The translations under genes were made by a program, and so were the position numbers. A stretch of 64,000 bases of DNA. It comes from an uncultured Planctomycetaceae bacterium (lineage in GTDB: Bacteria > Planctomycetota > Planctomycetia > Pirellulales > Lacipirellulaceae). Location of the stretch: NCBI GenBank assembly GCA_964430075.1, contig CAYSFP010000008.1, positions 145 to 64,144 on the forward strand, written 5' to 3'. Below the pieces are notes generated by a model. The model was not told the origin of the DNA. It was given only the letters and a program-made list of their open reading frames with translations, and ran no database searches. Positions 39,764 to 49,277 of this stretch are shown in pieces (position 1 is the first letter of the stretch; each line of letters starts with the position of its first letter).

Positions 39764-41173
39764 TCATGGCAACTGCCGGCGGACTTCGGTGACGATCATC
39801 TCTTCCACCTCGGGCGCCCACGGCGCCGGCAGGCCGTAGTAGACCATCGCGCCGCCCCCTTCGTAGCCGCCTTCGGCCAGCACGCGGCGCGAGGGAATGT
39901 ACGCCATCACGTCGTTGGCGTAGCCGGCCACCCAAGTGTTGGCGCCGCCCAGTTCCCCCTTCAGTCGCAGCGCGTAGTCGACCACGACCTCGCCGCCCAA
40001 GGCGACGAATTGCACGTCGTTTCCCAACCGCCAGCACGCCACCGGATAGGGATACGTCGGGTTCAACGGTCGCCCCGCTTCGATCTCGGCCAACAACTGC
40101 TTGGCGCGCGACGCCACGTAAGGGTCTCGCGACTCGGCATCCGCTGCCAGTTGGGCTTGCGACGGCAAGGACTCGAACGGCAGATCGATCTCGCGGTAGT
40201 CCGTTGTCAACGCTCCGCCGACTTCCTGCATCGCCGAGGTCAACAGCACGGCTTCGACCTCATCCGCCAATCGCCGGCCGTAATGCTCGGCGAGCGCGGT
40301 CGTCCGCCGGGGAATCGGATTCTGATCGCCGCCACATCCCGCCCAGAACAGGGCCACGCACTCGGGATGCAACCGTTCGAACTCCTGCTGCGCGACGCCC
40401 GGGTAATCGCCCGACCATTGAAACCCGTCGAGCACCGTCGCGTGGCAGGCGTAGCCGAACAGCACCGCACGCAGCGTTCCGGCTGCGTCGTGCACGGCGA
40501 GCACGGGCACGTCGTGATCGCTTGGCCCCACGAGCGCTGCGACCGTCCGCCGTTGGGGAACTTCCGCCTCGGGGTTGTTCCGCCGGTTCACGGCAAAGGC
40601 GGCGCGGCCGCTGCCCGCGGTGAGGCGCGCCGGCTGCAGGCCGGCGAGCGCCTCGCCCGCCACGTGCACGGCCTGGTCGACAACGGCATCGGTGTACCGC
40701 TCGATCTGTCGCTGTTGATGGTCGGTTAACCGCCACGCCAACATGGCTCCTAAATTGCGTCCGACCGCGGGCCCGGAGTGTGTGTGCGAAGTGCAAATCA
40801 CAATCTGCGATCGCTCGAGGCCATGTTTCTCGCCGAGCGCCGTGCAGACGCGCGCGGCCGTGTCGCGGTCGATGCCGACGAGATCGAGCGTGATGACGAC
40901 GCCGCGCTGGCCGTCGCCGTCCTCGAGCGCCAGCGCCTTGGCCCACAGGTCGGTCAACTTGCCGTCAGCCGGTCGATCGCGTGCACCATAGCCGGACATC
41001 CACATGGATTCTGGGGGCGTGATGAGAATCTTCGCCGCCCCCGCTTTCCAGGGGAGCGCCGCGTTGTCGACAGGCGGCGTTGGTTCCGCTGCGGTTGACG
41101 GTCGCGGAGAGCAGTTCGCCAACAGCGAGATGGAAATCAGCGCCGCCGAGATGGCCGCGAAGGCGTATCGCAT
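39764..41173 (-). CDS. Neutral/alkaline ceramidase N-terminal domain protein
   Basis: WMSGYGAR, LWAKALAL, TSHTHSGP, YACHAT and GEVVVDY motifs. Lipoprotein-like leader. Confidence 0.8.
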   Translation of the reverse strand: MRYAFAAISAALISISLLANCSPRPSTAAEPTPPVDNAALPWKAGAAKILITPPESMWMSGYGARDRPADGKLTDLWAKALALEDGDGQRGVVITLDLVGIDRDTAARVCTALGEKHGLERSQIVICTSHTHSGPAVGRNLGAMLAWRLTDHQQRQIERYTDAVVDQAVHVAGEALAGLQPARLTAGSGRAAFAVNRRNNPEAEVPQRRTVAALVGPSDHDVPVLAVHDAAGTLRAVLFGYACHATVLDGFQWSGDYPGVAQQEFERLHPECVALFWAGCGGDQNPIPRRTTALAEHYGRRLADEVEAVLLTSAMQEVGGALTTDYREIDLPFESLPSQAQLAADAESRDPYVASRAKQLLAEIEAGRPLNPTYPYPVACWRLGNDVQFVALGGEVVVDYALRLKGELGGANTWVAGYANDVMAYIPSRRVLAEGGYEGGGAMVYYGLPAPWAPEVEEMIVTEVRRQLP

Positions 41174-41280
41174 GACGTGTCCTCCCAGGCAAGCGGGCGG
41201 CCTTGCTCGATTGCGACCGCCGGTCCGATCATAGTGTACGCTATGCGCATCGTGCAAAGACAGCGAACTCGATTCCATGG

Positions 41281-43377
41281 ATGACTCCCATGAAAATGAC
41301 GCTGCTGGGGGCGACGCTCGTCGCGGTCTTGCTCAACCCATCCGCGGTAGCGCAGCCGGCGACAACGGTCTCGATTTCAGCAGGGCGCTGGCTGATCAAT
41401 GGACGGCCCACGAATCCGAGCTCGGCTGCCGAAGGCCTGTTGATGAACGTGCGCATGGTCAACGCCACGTTCGAGGATTTGTCCGGCCAGAAACCCGACT
41501 TCGACGCCGCGGCCAACACGGACGAGTTCATCGCGAGCCTGTCGGAGTACGCCGCCCTGGGCGTGAACGCCTTCACGCTCTGCCTGCAGGGCGGCATGCC
41601 CGGCTATGAAGGCGCGGTCAATTCGGCCTTCGCCGCGGATGGCTCGCTGCGCGGCGACTCCATGGATCGCGTCGAACGCGTGATCCGCGCGTGCGATCGG
41701 CAGGGCGTCGTCGTCATTCTCGGCTGCTACTATCAACGCCAGGCGAAAATCCTGCGCGACGAAGCAGCGATCCGGTCGGGACTGGTCAACGTCGCCAAGT
41801 GGATTCGGTCGAGCGGCTTTCAGAATGTCGTCCTCGAAGTGGCAAACGAGTATCCCCACGATGGGTTTGTTCACCGTGCGATCTGCGATCCGGAGGGACA
41901 GGCAAGCCTGATCCGACTGGTCAAGGAGACGTCGCCCGATTTGCTCGTCACGGCCAGCGGTTACGGCGACGGCAGAATTCATCCCGAGGTGGCGGAAGCC
42001 GCCGATTTCCTCACGCCGCATTGGAACGGCACCGCGGTCGGCGATATTCCGGCACGCGTTGCCGCGCTCAAGAAGTTCGGGAAGCCCATTGTCTGTAACG
42101 AGGACGACAAAATCGGCGCGCAAGCCGTGGCCGCGATGCGCGCGACGGTGGACAGCGGCGCCGGCTACGGCTTGATGCTCCAGGGGCATAATCAAACCTT
42201 TCCGTTTCACTTCCACGGCGCCGCCGATGACGACGTTTTTTACGCCGCGCTGCAGGCGATCACGTCGGAAGGGGCCGACGAGGCTCTGCCGGAAGCCTCT
42301 GAATCCGGAGCGAATTATTTCCCGCCGCCGGAGTCGCAAGGCGGGTGGCGGTTCGTCGAAACGGCGGAAGAAATCGAAGCCGTCGCCGAGATGGACGCCG
42401 GCAAGATCGACCAGCTCCGCCAGTGGCTGCTGGACTCGGACGAACGCCCCTTTGCCGCGGTCGTGATTCGCCATGGCACGGTGGCCTTGCAGGTCGAGCG
42501 CGGGAACAGCGCCGTCGCCGACGCGCGAAATGTCAAGTCCTGCGCCAAGGCCGTGTGTGCAACGGTGCTGGCCATCGCCGCGGAGCAGAGCCGGCAGGGG
42601 CAAACGCCGAACAGGATGTCGTTGGACGACAAGGCGTTCGACTTCATTCCGTGGGCTCACCCGTTGAGCGATCCGCGCAAAGCGCAGATTACGGTGAAGC
42701 AACTGCTCAATCACACGTCGGGCATCACCCCGGAATCGACGGGCGTACCGAACCGTGGGCCGTGGCAATTGATCGTCGGTCACGTGGGCGACGAGCGAAA
42801 CCAGCGGCTCGCGTTCGACCCAGGCGCCGACCTCGATTACGGGACGCACGCGTTCTATCACGCCGCGCTGGTCTGTGAAACGGTGACGGGGAAGCCGTAC
42901 GACCGATTCACGATCGATCATCTACTGGCGCCGATGGGCGTCGAAACGTGGTGGTTCGAGTTTATCGATGGCGATGCCGCGCACGGGCGTCATCCGTCGC
43001 ATGCCATGGGTTTGCCGGCGCGAGAGCTGGCTCGCATCGGCTACTGTATGTTGCACGACGGGCGCTGGGGCGAGCGGCAAGTGATTCCCGACTGGTTCAT
43101 CCGCGAAACGGCCTCGCCGACGCACGTCGTCACGGGCATCAAGACGTTCGGCCGCGACGCCCGGTCATTTTCCCACGGATGGGAGTTGCCCGGCCTGTTG
43201 AGCGGGGTCAAGGGCCGCGGCATCCCTCGCGACGCCCGCTTCAAGCCGGGCAGCGGCGGGCAGTTGATCGCCTTCGTCCCGAGCCTGGACCTGGTCGTCG
43301 CTCGCCAAACCGGCGGCAGCGGGCAGTGGGCTTATGAAGAGTTTCTCAGGCGGGCGTGCGACGCCGTCTTGCCATGA
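41281..43377 (+). CDS. Fusion of a GH5-like TIM barrel and a serine hydrolase (beta-lactamase family)
   Basis: N-half has LEVANEY and PIVCNED. C-half has SCAK (SxxK), LLNHTSG, YGT and VPSLDLVVAR. Confidence 0.75.
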   Translation: MTPMKMTLLGATLVAVLLNPSAVAQPATTVSISAGRWLINGRPTNPSSAAEGLLMNVRMVNATFEDLSGQKPDFDAAANTDEFIASLSEYAALGVNAFTLCLQGGMPGYEGAVNSAFAADGSLRGDSMDRVERVIRACDRQGVVVILGCYYQRQAKILRDEAAIRSGLVNVAKWIRSSGFQNVVLEVANEYPHDGFVHRAICDPEGQASLIRLVKETSPDLLVTASGYGDGRIHPEVAEAADFLTPHWNGTAVGDIPARVAALKKFGKPIVCNEDDKIGAQAVAAMRATVDSGAGYGLMLQGHNQTFPFHFHGAADDDVFYAALQAITSEGADEALPEASESGANYFPPPESQGGWRFVETAEEIEAVAEMDAGKIDQLRQWLLDSDERPFAAVVIRHGTVALQVERGNSAVADARNVKSCAKAVCATVLAIAAEQSRQGQTPNRMSLDDKAFDFIPWAHPLSDPRKAQITVKQLLNHTSGITPESTGVPNRGPWQLIVGHVGDERNQRLAFDPGADLDYGTHAFYHAALVCETVTGKPYDRFTIDHLLAPMGVETWWFEFIDGDAAHGRHPSHAMGLPARELARIGYCMLHDGRWGERQVIPDWFIRETASPTHVVTGIKTFGRDARSFSHGWELPGLLSGVKGRGIPRDARFKPGSGGQLIAFVPSLDLVVARQTGGSGQWAYEEFLRRACDAVLP

Positions 43378-43472
43378 GCAAGAAGACCCGAAACCAGACT
43401 TCCCCGTTCGGCGCCATATCCGGCGTAGCCCTACTATTGAGCCCTGCGCAGCCAATGAACCCGTCGAGCTGG

Positions 43473-43505
43473 GCTATCGGCTGTCGGCTGTCAGCTATCG
43501 GCCAG
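43473..43505. repeat. Heptamer tandem repeat
   Basis: gctatcg-gctgtcg-gctgtca-gctatcg-gccag between convergent genes. Confidence 0.6.
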
Positions 43506-43580
43506 AAGGGGCGCATTGGCAGCGCAGGGCTCAATAATTCACTCGGCGTCACAGTCCGTGCGCTCTCGGCGAAATCTCCC

Positions 43581-44330
43581 TTACGCAATCGAGTGACTAA
43601 GCCAGTCCTCGAAATGCGTCGTGCCAAGCCGCGCGTTTTGCCCGGGTGTAAGGCTCCGATCGTTGACCGCCGTGCCAAAGTAGCGGGCCTGGGGATCGGT
43701 CGTCACCTGACGCGTATCTCGCGTGGCGGACAAGAATCGTCGGACAAGCTCGTCCATGCGGATCGGGTCGGGGCCGGCGAGCTCGACCGTGCCATTGAGC
43801 GGCTTCGCGAGGGCGATGTCGGCCAGCGCCGTAGCGACGTCGTCCGAGACGATGGGTTGCATCAGGGCGGGCGGCACGCGAACCGCTTGACCGTCGGTCG
43901 CCGATTGGGCGATGGCGCCCACGAATTCGAAGAACTGCGTGGCGCGAACGATCGTGTAGGGAATCGTTGACGCTTTGATCAGCTCCTCCTGGGCCATCTT
44001 TGCACGGAAGTAGCCGCTGGCGAGCAGGCGGTCCGTGCCGACGACCGACAGCGCGACATGATGCCGAACGCCGGCGGCTGCTTCCGCGGCATGCAGATTT
44101 CGCCCCGAGACTTCGAAGAATTCCAAAACTGCCTTGTCCTCGAACGACGGCGAATTCGCGACGTCGACGACAATCTCGGCGCCGGCCAGCGCTTCGCTCA
44201 ATCCTTCGCCGGTGACCGCGTTGACGCCCGAGGACGGCGACGCCGCAAGGACTTCGTGGCCGCGTTGACGGAGAATGGTGACGAGCTTTTTCCCGATCAG
44301 ACCGCTCCCCCCAATGACGACGAGTTTCAT
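43581..44330 (-). CDS. Atypical SDR / NmrA-like NAD(P)H-binding protein
   Basis: VVIGGSGLIG, HHVALSVVG, YFRAK and RATQFFEF motifs. Confidence 0.88.
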   Translation of the reverse strand: MKLVVIGGSGLIGKKLVTILRQRGHEVLAASPSSGVNAVTGEGLSEALAGAEIVVDVANSPSFEDKAVLEFFEVSGRNLHAAEAAAGVRHHVALSVVGTDRLLASGYFRAKMAQEELIKASTIPYTIVRATQFFEFVGAIAQSATDGQAVRVPPALMQPIVSDDVATALADIALAKPLNGTVELAGPDPIRMDELVRRFLSATRDTRQVTTDPQARYFGTAVNDRSLTPGQNARLGTTHFEDWLSHSIA

Positions 44331-44392
44331 GATTGGCCTTTCTGTTGTCGTCGCCGCTGCGACGACGGTTCAGGATGAAAACGTGGCGGTCG

Positions 44393-44821
44393 TTATTTGT
44401 GCGCTTCGACGGGGATTGCGATCTCGTCCGTGTCATGCGGGTGCAGGACGACCGCAATGAGGCGCGTCTGGCCGGACGTCGAGGGATCTCTCGAGACGCG
44501 ATGCAGGCATCCGGTCGGCTCGTAAAACGTCTCGCCGGCTTTGAAGACTTGCGTTGGCTCGTCATCGATTCCGAGCTCGTACTGGCCTTCCAACACGTAA
44601 ACAAATCCCGGTCCAGGATGCCGGTGAGCGAGGCCGCTCTGCCCTGGTCCGATGGTCACTTCCACCACTGTCGCCTTCGCCTTTTGGCCGTCGAGTTTCT
44701 CCTTGATCTCCTGGGTGGAAATGACTCGAACGCTCTCGCCGTCCTCGTGCAGTTGTGCAAGCGCCGCCCCACTAAGTCCACAGACGAGCGCCATGGCAAC
44801 CGAAGGTAACGTGCGGCTCAT
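44393..44821 (-). CDS. Cupin domain protein
   Basis: HRHPGPGFVYVLEG and GETFYEP..LH motifs, with a signal peptide. Confidence 0.88.
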   Translation of the reverse strand: MSRTLPSVAMALVCGLSGAALAQLHEDGESVRVISTQEIKEKLDGQKAKATVVEVTIGPGQSGLAHRHPGPGFVYVLEGQYELGIDDEPTQVFKAGETFYEPTGCLHRVSRDPSTSGQTRLIAVVLHPHDTDEIAIPVEAHK

Positions 44822-44888
44822 GATTATCTCCTTTGTGTTCTTGGAACGCCACGCCCTGCCGGAATCCCCGGCATTGTACGCATTCAAG

Positions 44889-44915
44889 GACGTCTGAAAG
44901 GCCGGATTTGTGACA
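44889..44915 (-). promoter_or_regulatory. ECF41-type sigma factor promoter
   Basis: The minus strand reads TGTCACA-aatccggcctttcaga(16 nt)-CGTC, ~70 bp upstream of the cupin-SDR pair. Confidence 0.75.
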
Positions 44916-45080
44916 GACCTCTGAAGGGGCTTCAGTATTCTCGCGCCGTGGCGTAACGTGGGCGCTGGCCATGCCGCAATCGCGGCAATCCGATTGTCGT
45001 ATCAACTTCGATTGTTTTGGATAGGGTTACGAGGACGTCACGCGCTCCTCTTTGCCCTCTTGCGTGAACGAGGTTTTGCC

Positions 45081-48000
45081 ATGCATGAGATCGCTCGCTG
45101 GCGCGTCGCTTGCTCCGTGTTGTTCCTCTTCAGTGGGATTGACAGCACGAGCGGCGCCGAACGCCCTGTCTGGGCCGATCCGCACCTGCCGGTGGCCGAC
45201 GGCCTCGTCGTTTGGCTCGATGCCGCTGCCCAGCCGGCCGCCGCGAGCCAGCAGGACGATGAAGAGCAACCCAGCGACGATGCACGTGAGCACTGGTTGG
45301 ACTCGTCGGGTCACGGCCGCGATCTGCACCAGCCGACGCCGAAGGCGCGACCCGCGCTGCGTCGCGACGGCGACATGGCCGCCATACGTTTCGACGGTCG
45401 CGGCGCCCATTTTCTACGTGAGAACCTGGGCGTTGCCCTGAACGAGGCGACCGTCTTCCTCGTCGCGGCGCCGGCGAGCAATGAAGGCGGCTTTCGCGGC
45501 TTGTTGAGCCTGCATGCCGAGGGCGAGGACGATTTCTTGTCGGGGCTCAATGTTGATCAAGGCGCCTTTGCCTCGCCGAGCTTTCAAGTCGTGAACGTCG
45601 AAGGCGCGGGCTTCGCCGGCATGCGAAACCTTCGCACCGACGACAGCCCGTTCGGGCAATGGCGCCGCATCTGCGTATCCATTGCCGCCAGTGGGGCCGA
45701 TGGCGACGGCGTGGCGCTCTTTGTCGATGGCCAGGCAGAGGCTAGTCGCCCCCGGGAGCGCGCCATGATGAAATTGGATGAATTGATCGTCGGCGCTCGA
45801 TCCTACGGCGGCACGAACGAACCCCGCGGCTTCTTTCAAGGCGAGGTTGCCGAGGTGATCATCTTCGATCGCGCACTCAGCAACGACGAGCGAGCCGCGG
45901 TCGATGAGTATTTGGCGGCCAAGTACCGAGACGCCGGCCCTATCCCGCCGCCGAGCGATGCCCCGGAAGCCGGTTCCATCCGCCGCGTGGCCTCGCCGCC
46001 GCCGCTGCAAATGTTTGTTCCGGGGTTTTCGGTGCGCGAACTGCCAGTGGAATTGACCAACATCAACAATGTCTTGTACCGCGATGACGGCGTTCTGGTG
46101 GCGCTGGCCTATGACGGAAATGTTTATCTGTTGACGGATTCCGACGGCGATGGATTGGAAGACCGCTGGACGGTGTTTTGGGAAAGCCGCGGCGAACTTC
46201 GCGCACCCATTGGGATGGCGCTGACGCCGCCCGGTTATGAGTACGGCCAGGGCGTTGCCGTCGCGGCAAAGGGCAAGTGCGTGTTGCTGCTCGACCGTGA
46301 CGGCGACGATCGCGCCGACGAGGAACTTGTCATCGCGGACGGCTGGAAGGAACTTGCGCACGGGGTCGACGCTCTGGGCATCGCATTCGATCCGCGGGAC
46401 CACGCCGTGCATTTCGGGCTGGGCGTCGAGAATTTCACGGACGCTTATCTGCTCGGCAGCGGACAGGAATCGAAGTTTCACCTGGACAGCGAGCGTGGGA
46501 CCATCTTGCGCGTGGCGCCCGACCTGGCGTCCCGCGAGATTGTCGCCACGGGCATCCGGTTTCCCGTCGCCATTCGCTTCAACGCCGCCGGCGACTTGTT
46601 TTGCACGGATCAGGAAGGCGCCACCTGGCTGGCCAACGGCAACCCCTTTGACGAGCTGCTGCACGTCCAGCGCGGCCGGCATTACGGCTTTCCGCCGCGG
46701 CATCCGCGCCACCTGCCCCATGTGATCGATGAGCCCAGCGTGTTCGACTATCGCCCTCAGCATCAAAGCACCTGCGGCCTCAACTTCAATGAGCCCGCCG
46801 CGGACGGAACGATCTTCGGACCCGCCTGGTGGAAGTCCGACGCGCTGGTAGCCGGCTATTCGCGGGGTAAGCTCTTTCGCACGAAACTGGCGCGCACGCC
46901 CAGTGGCTACGTCGCGCAGACGCAGGTTTTGGCGGCGCTCTCGATGCTGACGGCCGATGCGTGCGTGGCGCCCGATCGTTCGTTGGTGGCGGCGACGCAC
47001 AGCGGACTGCCCGATTGGGGCTCTGGCGCCAGCGGCACGGGCAAGTTGTACAAGGTGGCGTTTACAGATGCGGACGCCGCCGTCCCGTCGGTTGTTTGGG
47101 CCGAGAACCCGCGCGAGGTGCGGATTGCTTTCGATCGCCCGGTCGACGCGGAAACGCTGAAAGGGCTCGCATCACGCGCCGCAATCGATGGCGGCGAAGC
47201 CGTCGCCGCGGGCGATCGATTCGAGAACCTGCGGCCGCCCTATGCCCTGGTGGAGCATCAACAGAACGCCCCGCGCTTTCCGGTGGAAGTTCAGGGCGTG
47301 CAGCTCACCCCGGATCGCCGCACGCTGATCCTCACCACGGCGCCGCATGTGGCTTCGATGACCTACGCCGTCGCGCTGCCCAGCGTGCGCAAGGGCCGTC
47401 GAGACGGCGATTTGGAACAACTCCCGGACATTGACCTGCAGTATGATCTATGCGGAATCGAAGCCCGCTGGCAGCCAAATGCAGGGGACGGTCCGTGGCA
47501 AGGTTGGTTGCCGCATCTGGATTTGGACGCCTCGCGAGCGTTCACGGCGGCCAGCGCTCATCACGATCCGTTTTGGGAGAATTTCAAGGCGCCGGGAACA
47601 TTGCTGCTTCGGACCTCGCTCAATCTGCGAAACATGCTGCATCCAGCCGTGCAGCCAGGTTCGACGATCGATCACCAGTGGCCGCAGGAGCAAGTGACGC
47701 TCACCTTCACGTCCAATTGCCCTGTCGAGCTAACGCTCGACGGCGAATCGACGGCAGCGACGCGCAGCGGCGGCGCTTGGACCATCGAGCGTACGATCGC
47801 GGTGGACGGCGATGAGAATCTTCCGCTTGAACTGCGGCTATCGAGCGAATCGAGCGGTGACAGCCCCACGTTGACCGTCCACTATCACACGAGCGAAGAC
47901 GCGCGGCCCCGGCCGCTTGCGCTGCGCCGCTTTCTGCTGCCCTGGGCGCGGGGCGTGGCCGAGGCGCCCACGATGGTTGACAACCGCGAGATTCCGGAGC

Positions 48001-49220
48001 TCCAAGGCGGAAGCTGGCTTCGCGGCCAGCGCGAATTCTTTGGCGCCGAGGCCGGCTGCTCGAAATGCCACGCCACGCGTGGCCAGGGCGCCGCGATCGG
48101 CCCGGATTTGTCGAACTTGCCCAAGCGCGACTATGCCTCGGTGCTGCGCGACATCAGCCAACCCAGCGCGGCCATCAACCCCGACCATCTCACGCAGATC
48201 GTCGTGACGACCGACGGCCTGGTGAAAACGGGCACGGTTCGCACGGACGGCGATCGGCTCATCATCAGCGATGCCGAAGGGAAAGAAAGCATTGTTGCGC
48301 GCGACGACGTCGAACAGATGCAACCGTCGGAACTCTCGATTATGCCCGAGGGGATTCCCAAGTTGCTCGGCCCCAAGCGGCTCCGAGATTTGCTCACGTT
48401 TCTCCTCGTGGAACCTCCGCACATGCCGGTGTACGGGGAATTGTCGCCTCCGCCGCCGCGCTCCAGCGAAGAGGTGCAGGCGGTCTTGAATAACGCGGAG
48501 ACGACAACGCTCACTCGTCCTCTGCACATCGTGCTGGTCACCGGCCCCAAGGATCACGGGCCGGGGGAGCACGACTATCCGGCGTGGCAAGGGGTTTGGA
48601 AGTCGCTCTTGGAAATGGCGGACAATGTTCGCGTCACGACCGCCAATTCCTGGCCGACTGCGGATGACCTGAAGTCGGCGGACGCGATGGTCTTCTATCA
48701 GCAAGGCTCCTGGACGCCTGAACGGGCTCGGGATATCGACCGATTCTTGCGCCGCGGCGGCGGCCTGGTCTACATTCACTACGCCGTGGACGGCGGCGGC
48801 GACCCGGCGGGGTTCGCGGATCGACTCGGCCTGGCCTGGCAGGGGCTGCGGTCGAAATTCCGTCATGGCCCGCTGGAGATCGACTTCACCGGCAGTAGCA
48901 ATCATCCCATCGCGCGGAACTTCAACCGCGTTCGCTTCGTGGACGAAAGCTACTGGAACCTCGTGGGCGATCCGCAGCGCGTCAATCTCCTTGCGACGGG
49001 CGTTGAGGAGGGTCAACCGCAACCGTTATTTTGGACATTGGAACCGGAGGCCGGCGGCCGCGTCTTCGTGTCGATCCCCGGCCATTTTTCCTGGACGTTC
49101 GACGATCCGCTGTTTCGCATTCTCTTGTTGCGCGGAATCGCCTGGACGATGCGAGAGCCTGTCGACTGTTTCAACGAGCTCGTGCTGCCCGGCGCTCGCG
49201 TGAACTTCGCGAACCAGTAA
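45081..49220 (+). CDS. Multidomain PVC-type haem protein (LamG-like, propeller, cytochrome c, ThuA)
   Basis: LVVWLDA...GEVAEVIIFDRAL (LamG-like), DSDGDG, CSKCH plus GPDLS, SIMPEG, and C-terminal GPKDHGPGEHDY/GRVFVSIPGH (ThuA). Confidence 0.85.
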   Translation: MHEIARWRVACSVLFLFSGIDSTSGAERPVWADPHLPVADGLVVWLDAAAQPAAASQQDDEEQPSDDAREHWLDSSGHGRDLHQPTPKARPALRRDGDMAAIRFDGRGAHFLRENLGVALNEATVFLVAAPASNEGGFRGLLSLHAEGEDDFLSGLNVDQGAFASPSFQVVNVEGAGFAGMRNLRTDDSPFGQWRRICVSIAASGADGDGVALFVDGQAEASRPRERAMMKLDELIVGARSYGGTNEPRGFFQGEVAEVIIFDRALSNDERAAVDEYLAAKYRDAGPIPPPSDAPEAGSIRRVASPPPLQMFVPGFSVRELPVELTNINNVLYRDDGVLVALAYDGNVYLLTDSDGDGLEDRWTVFWESRGELRAPIGMALTPPGYEYGQGVAVAAKGKCVLLLDRDGDDRADEELVIADGWKELAHGVDALGIAFDPRDHAVHFGLGVENFTDAYLLGSGQESKFHLDSERGTILRVAPDLASREIVATGIRFPVAIRFNAAGDLFCTDQEGATWLANGNPFDELLHVQRGRHYGFPPRHPRHLPHVIDEPSVFDYRPQHQSTCGLNFNEPAADGTIFGPAWWKSDALVAGYSRGKLFRTKLARTPSGYVAQTQVLAALSMLTADACVAPDRSLVAATHSGLPDWGSGASGTGKLYKVAFTDADAAVPSVVWAENPREVRIAFDRPVDAETLKGLASRAAIDGGEAVAAGDRFENLRPPYALVEHQQNAPRFPVEVQGVQLTPDRRTLILTTAPHVASMTYAVALPSVRKGRRDGDLEQLPDIDLQYDLCGIEARWQPNAGDGPWQGWLPHLDLDASRAFTAASAHHDPFWENFKAPGTLLLRTSLNLRNMLHPAVQPGSTIDHQWPQEQVTLTFTSNCPVELTLDGESTAATRSGGAWTIERTIAVDGDENLPLELRLSSESSGDSPTLTVHYHTSEDARPRPLALRRFLLPWARGVAEAPTMVDNREIPELQGGSWLRGQREFFGAEAGCSKCHATRGQGAAIGPDLSNLPKRDYASVLRDISQPSAAINPDHLTQIVVTTDGLVKTGTVRTDGDRLIISDAEGKESIVARDDVEQMQPSELSIMPEGIPKLLGPKRLRDLLTFLLVEPPHMPVYGELSPPPPRSSEEVQAVLNNAETTTLTRPLHIVLVTGPKDHGPGEHDYPAWQGVWKSLLEMADNVRVTTANSWPTADDLKSADAMVFYQQGSWTPERARDIDRFLRRGGGLVYIHYAVDGGGDPAGFADRLGLAWQGLRSKFRHGPLEIDFTGSSNHPIARNFNRVRFVDESYWNLVGDPQRVNLLATGVEEGQPQPLFWTLEPEAGGRVFVSIPGHFSWTFDDPLFRILLLRGIAWTMREPVDCFNELVLPGARVNFANQ

Positions 49221-49277
49221 GGGCAGCGTGCCTGCTTACCAGCCGAGTCATCCGCACTGTTGCGAGGGCAGCTTTCC

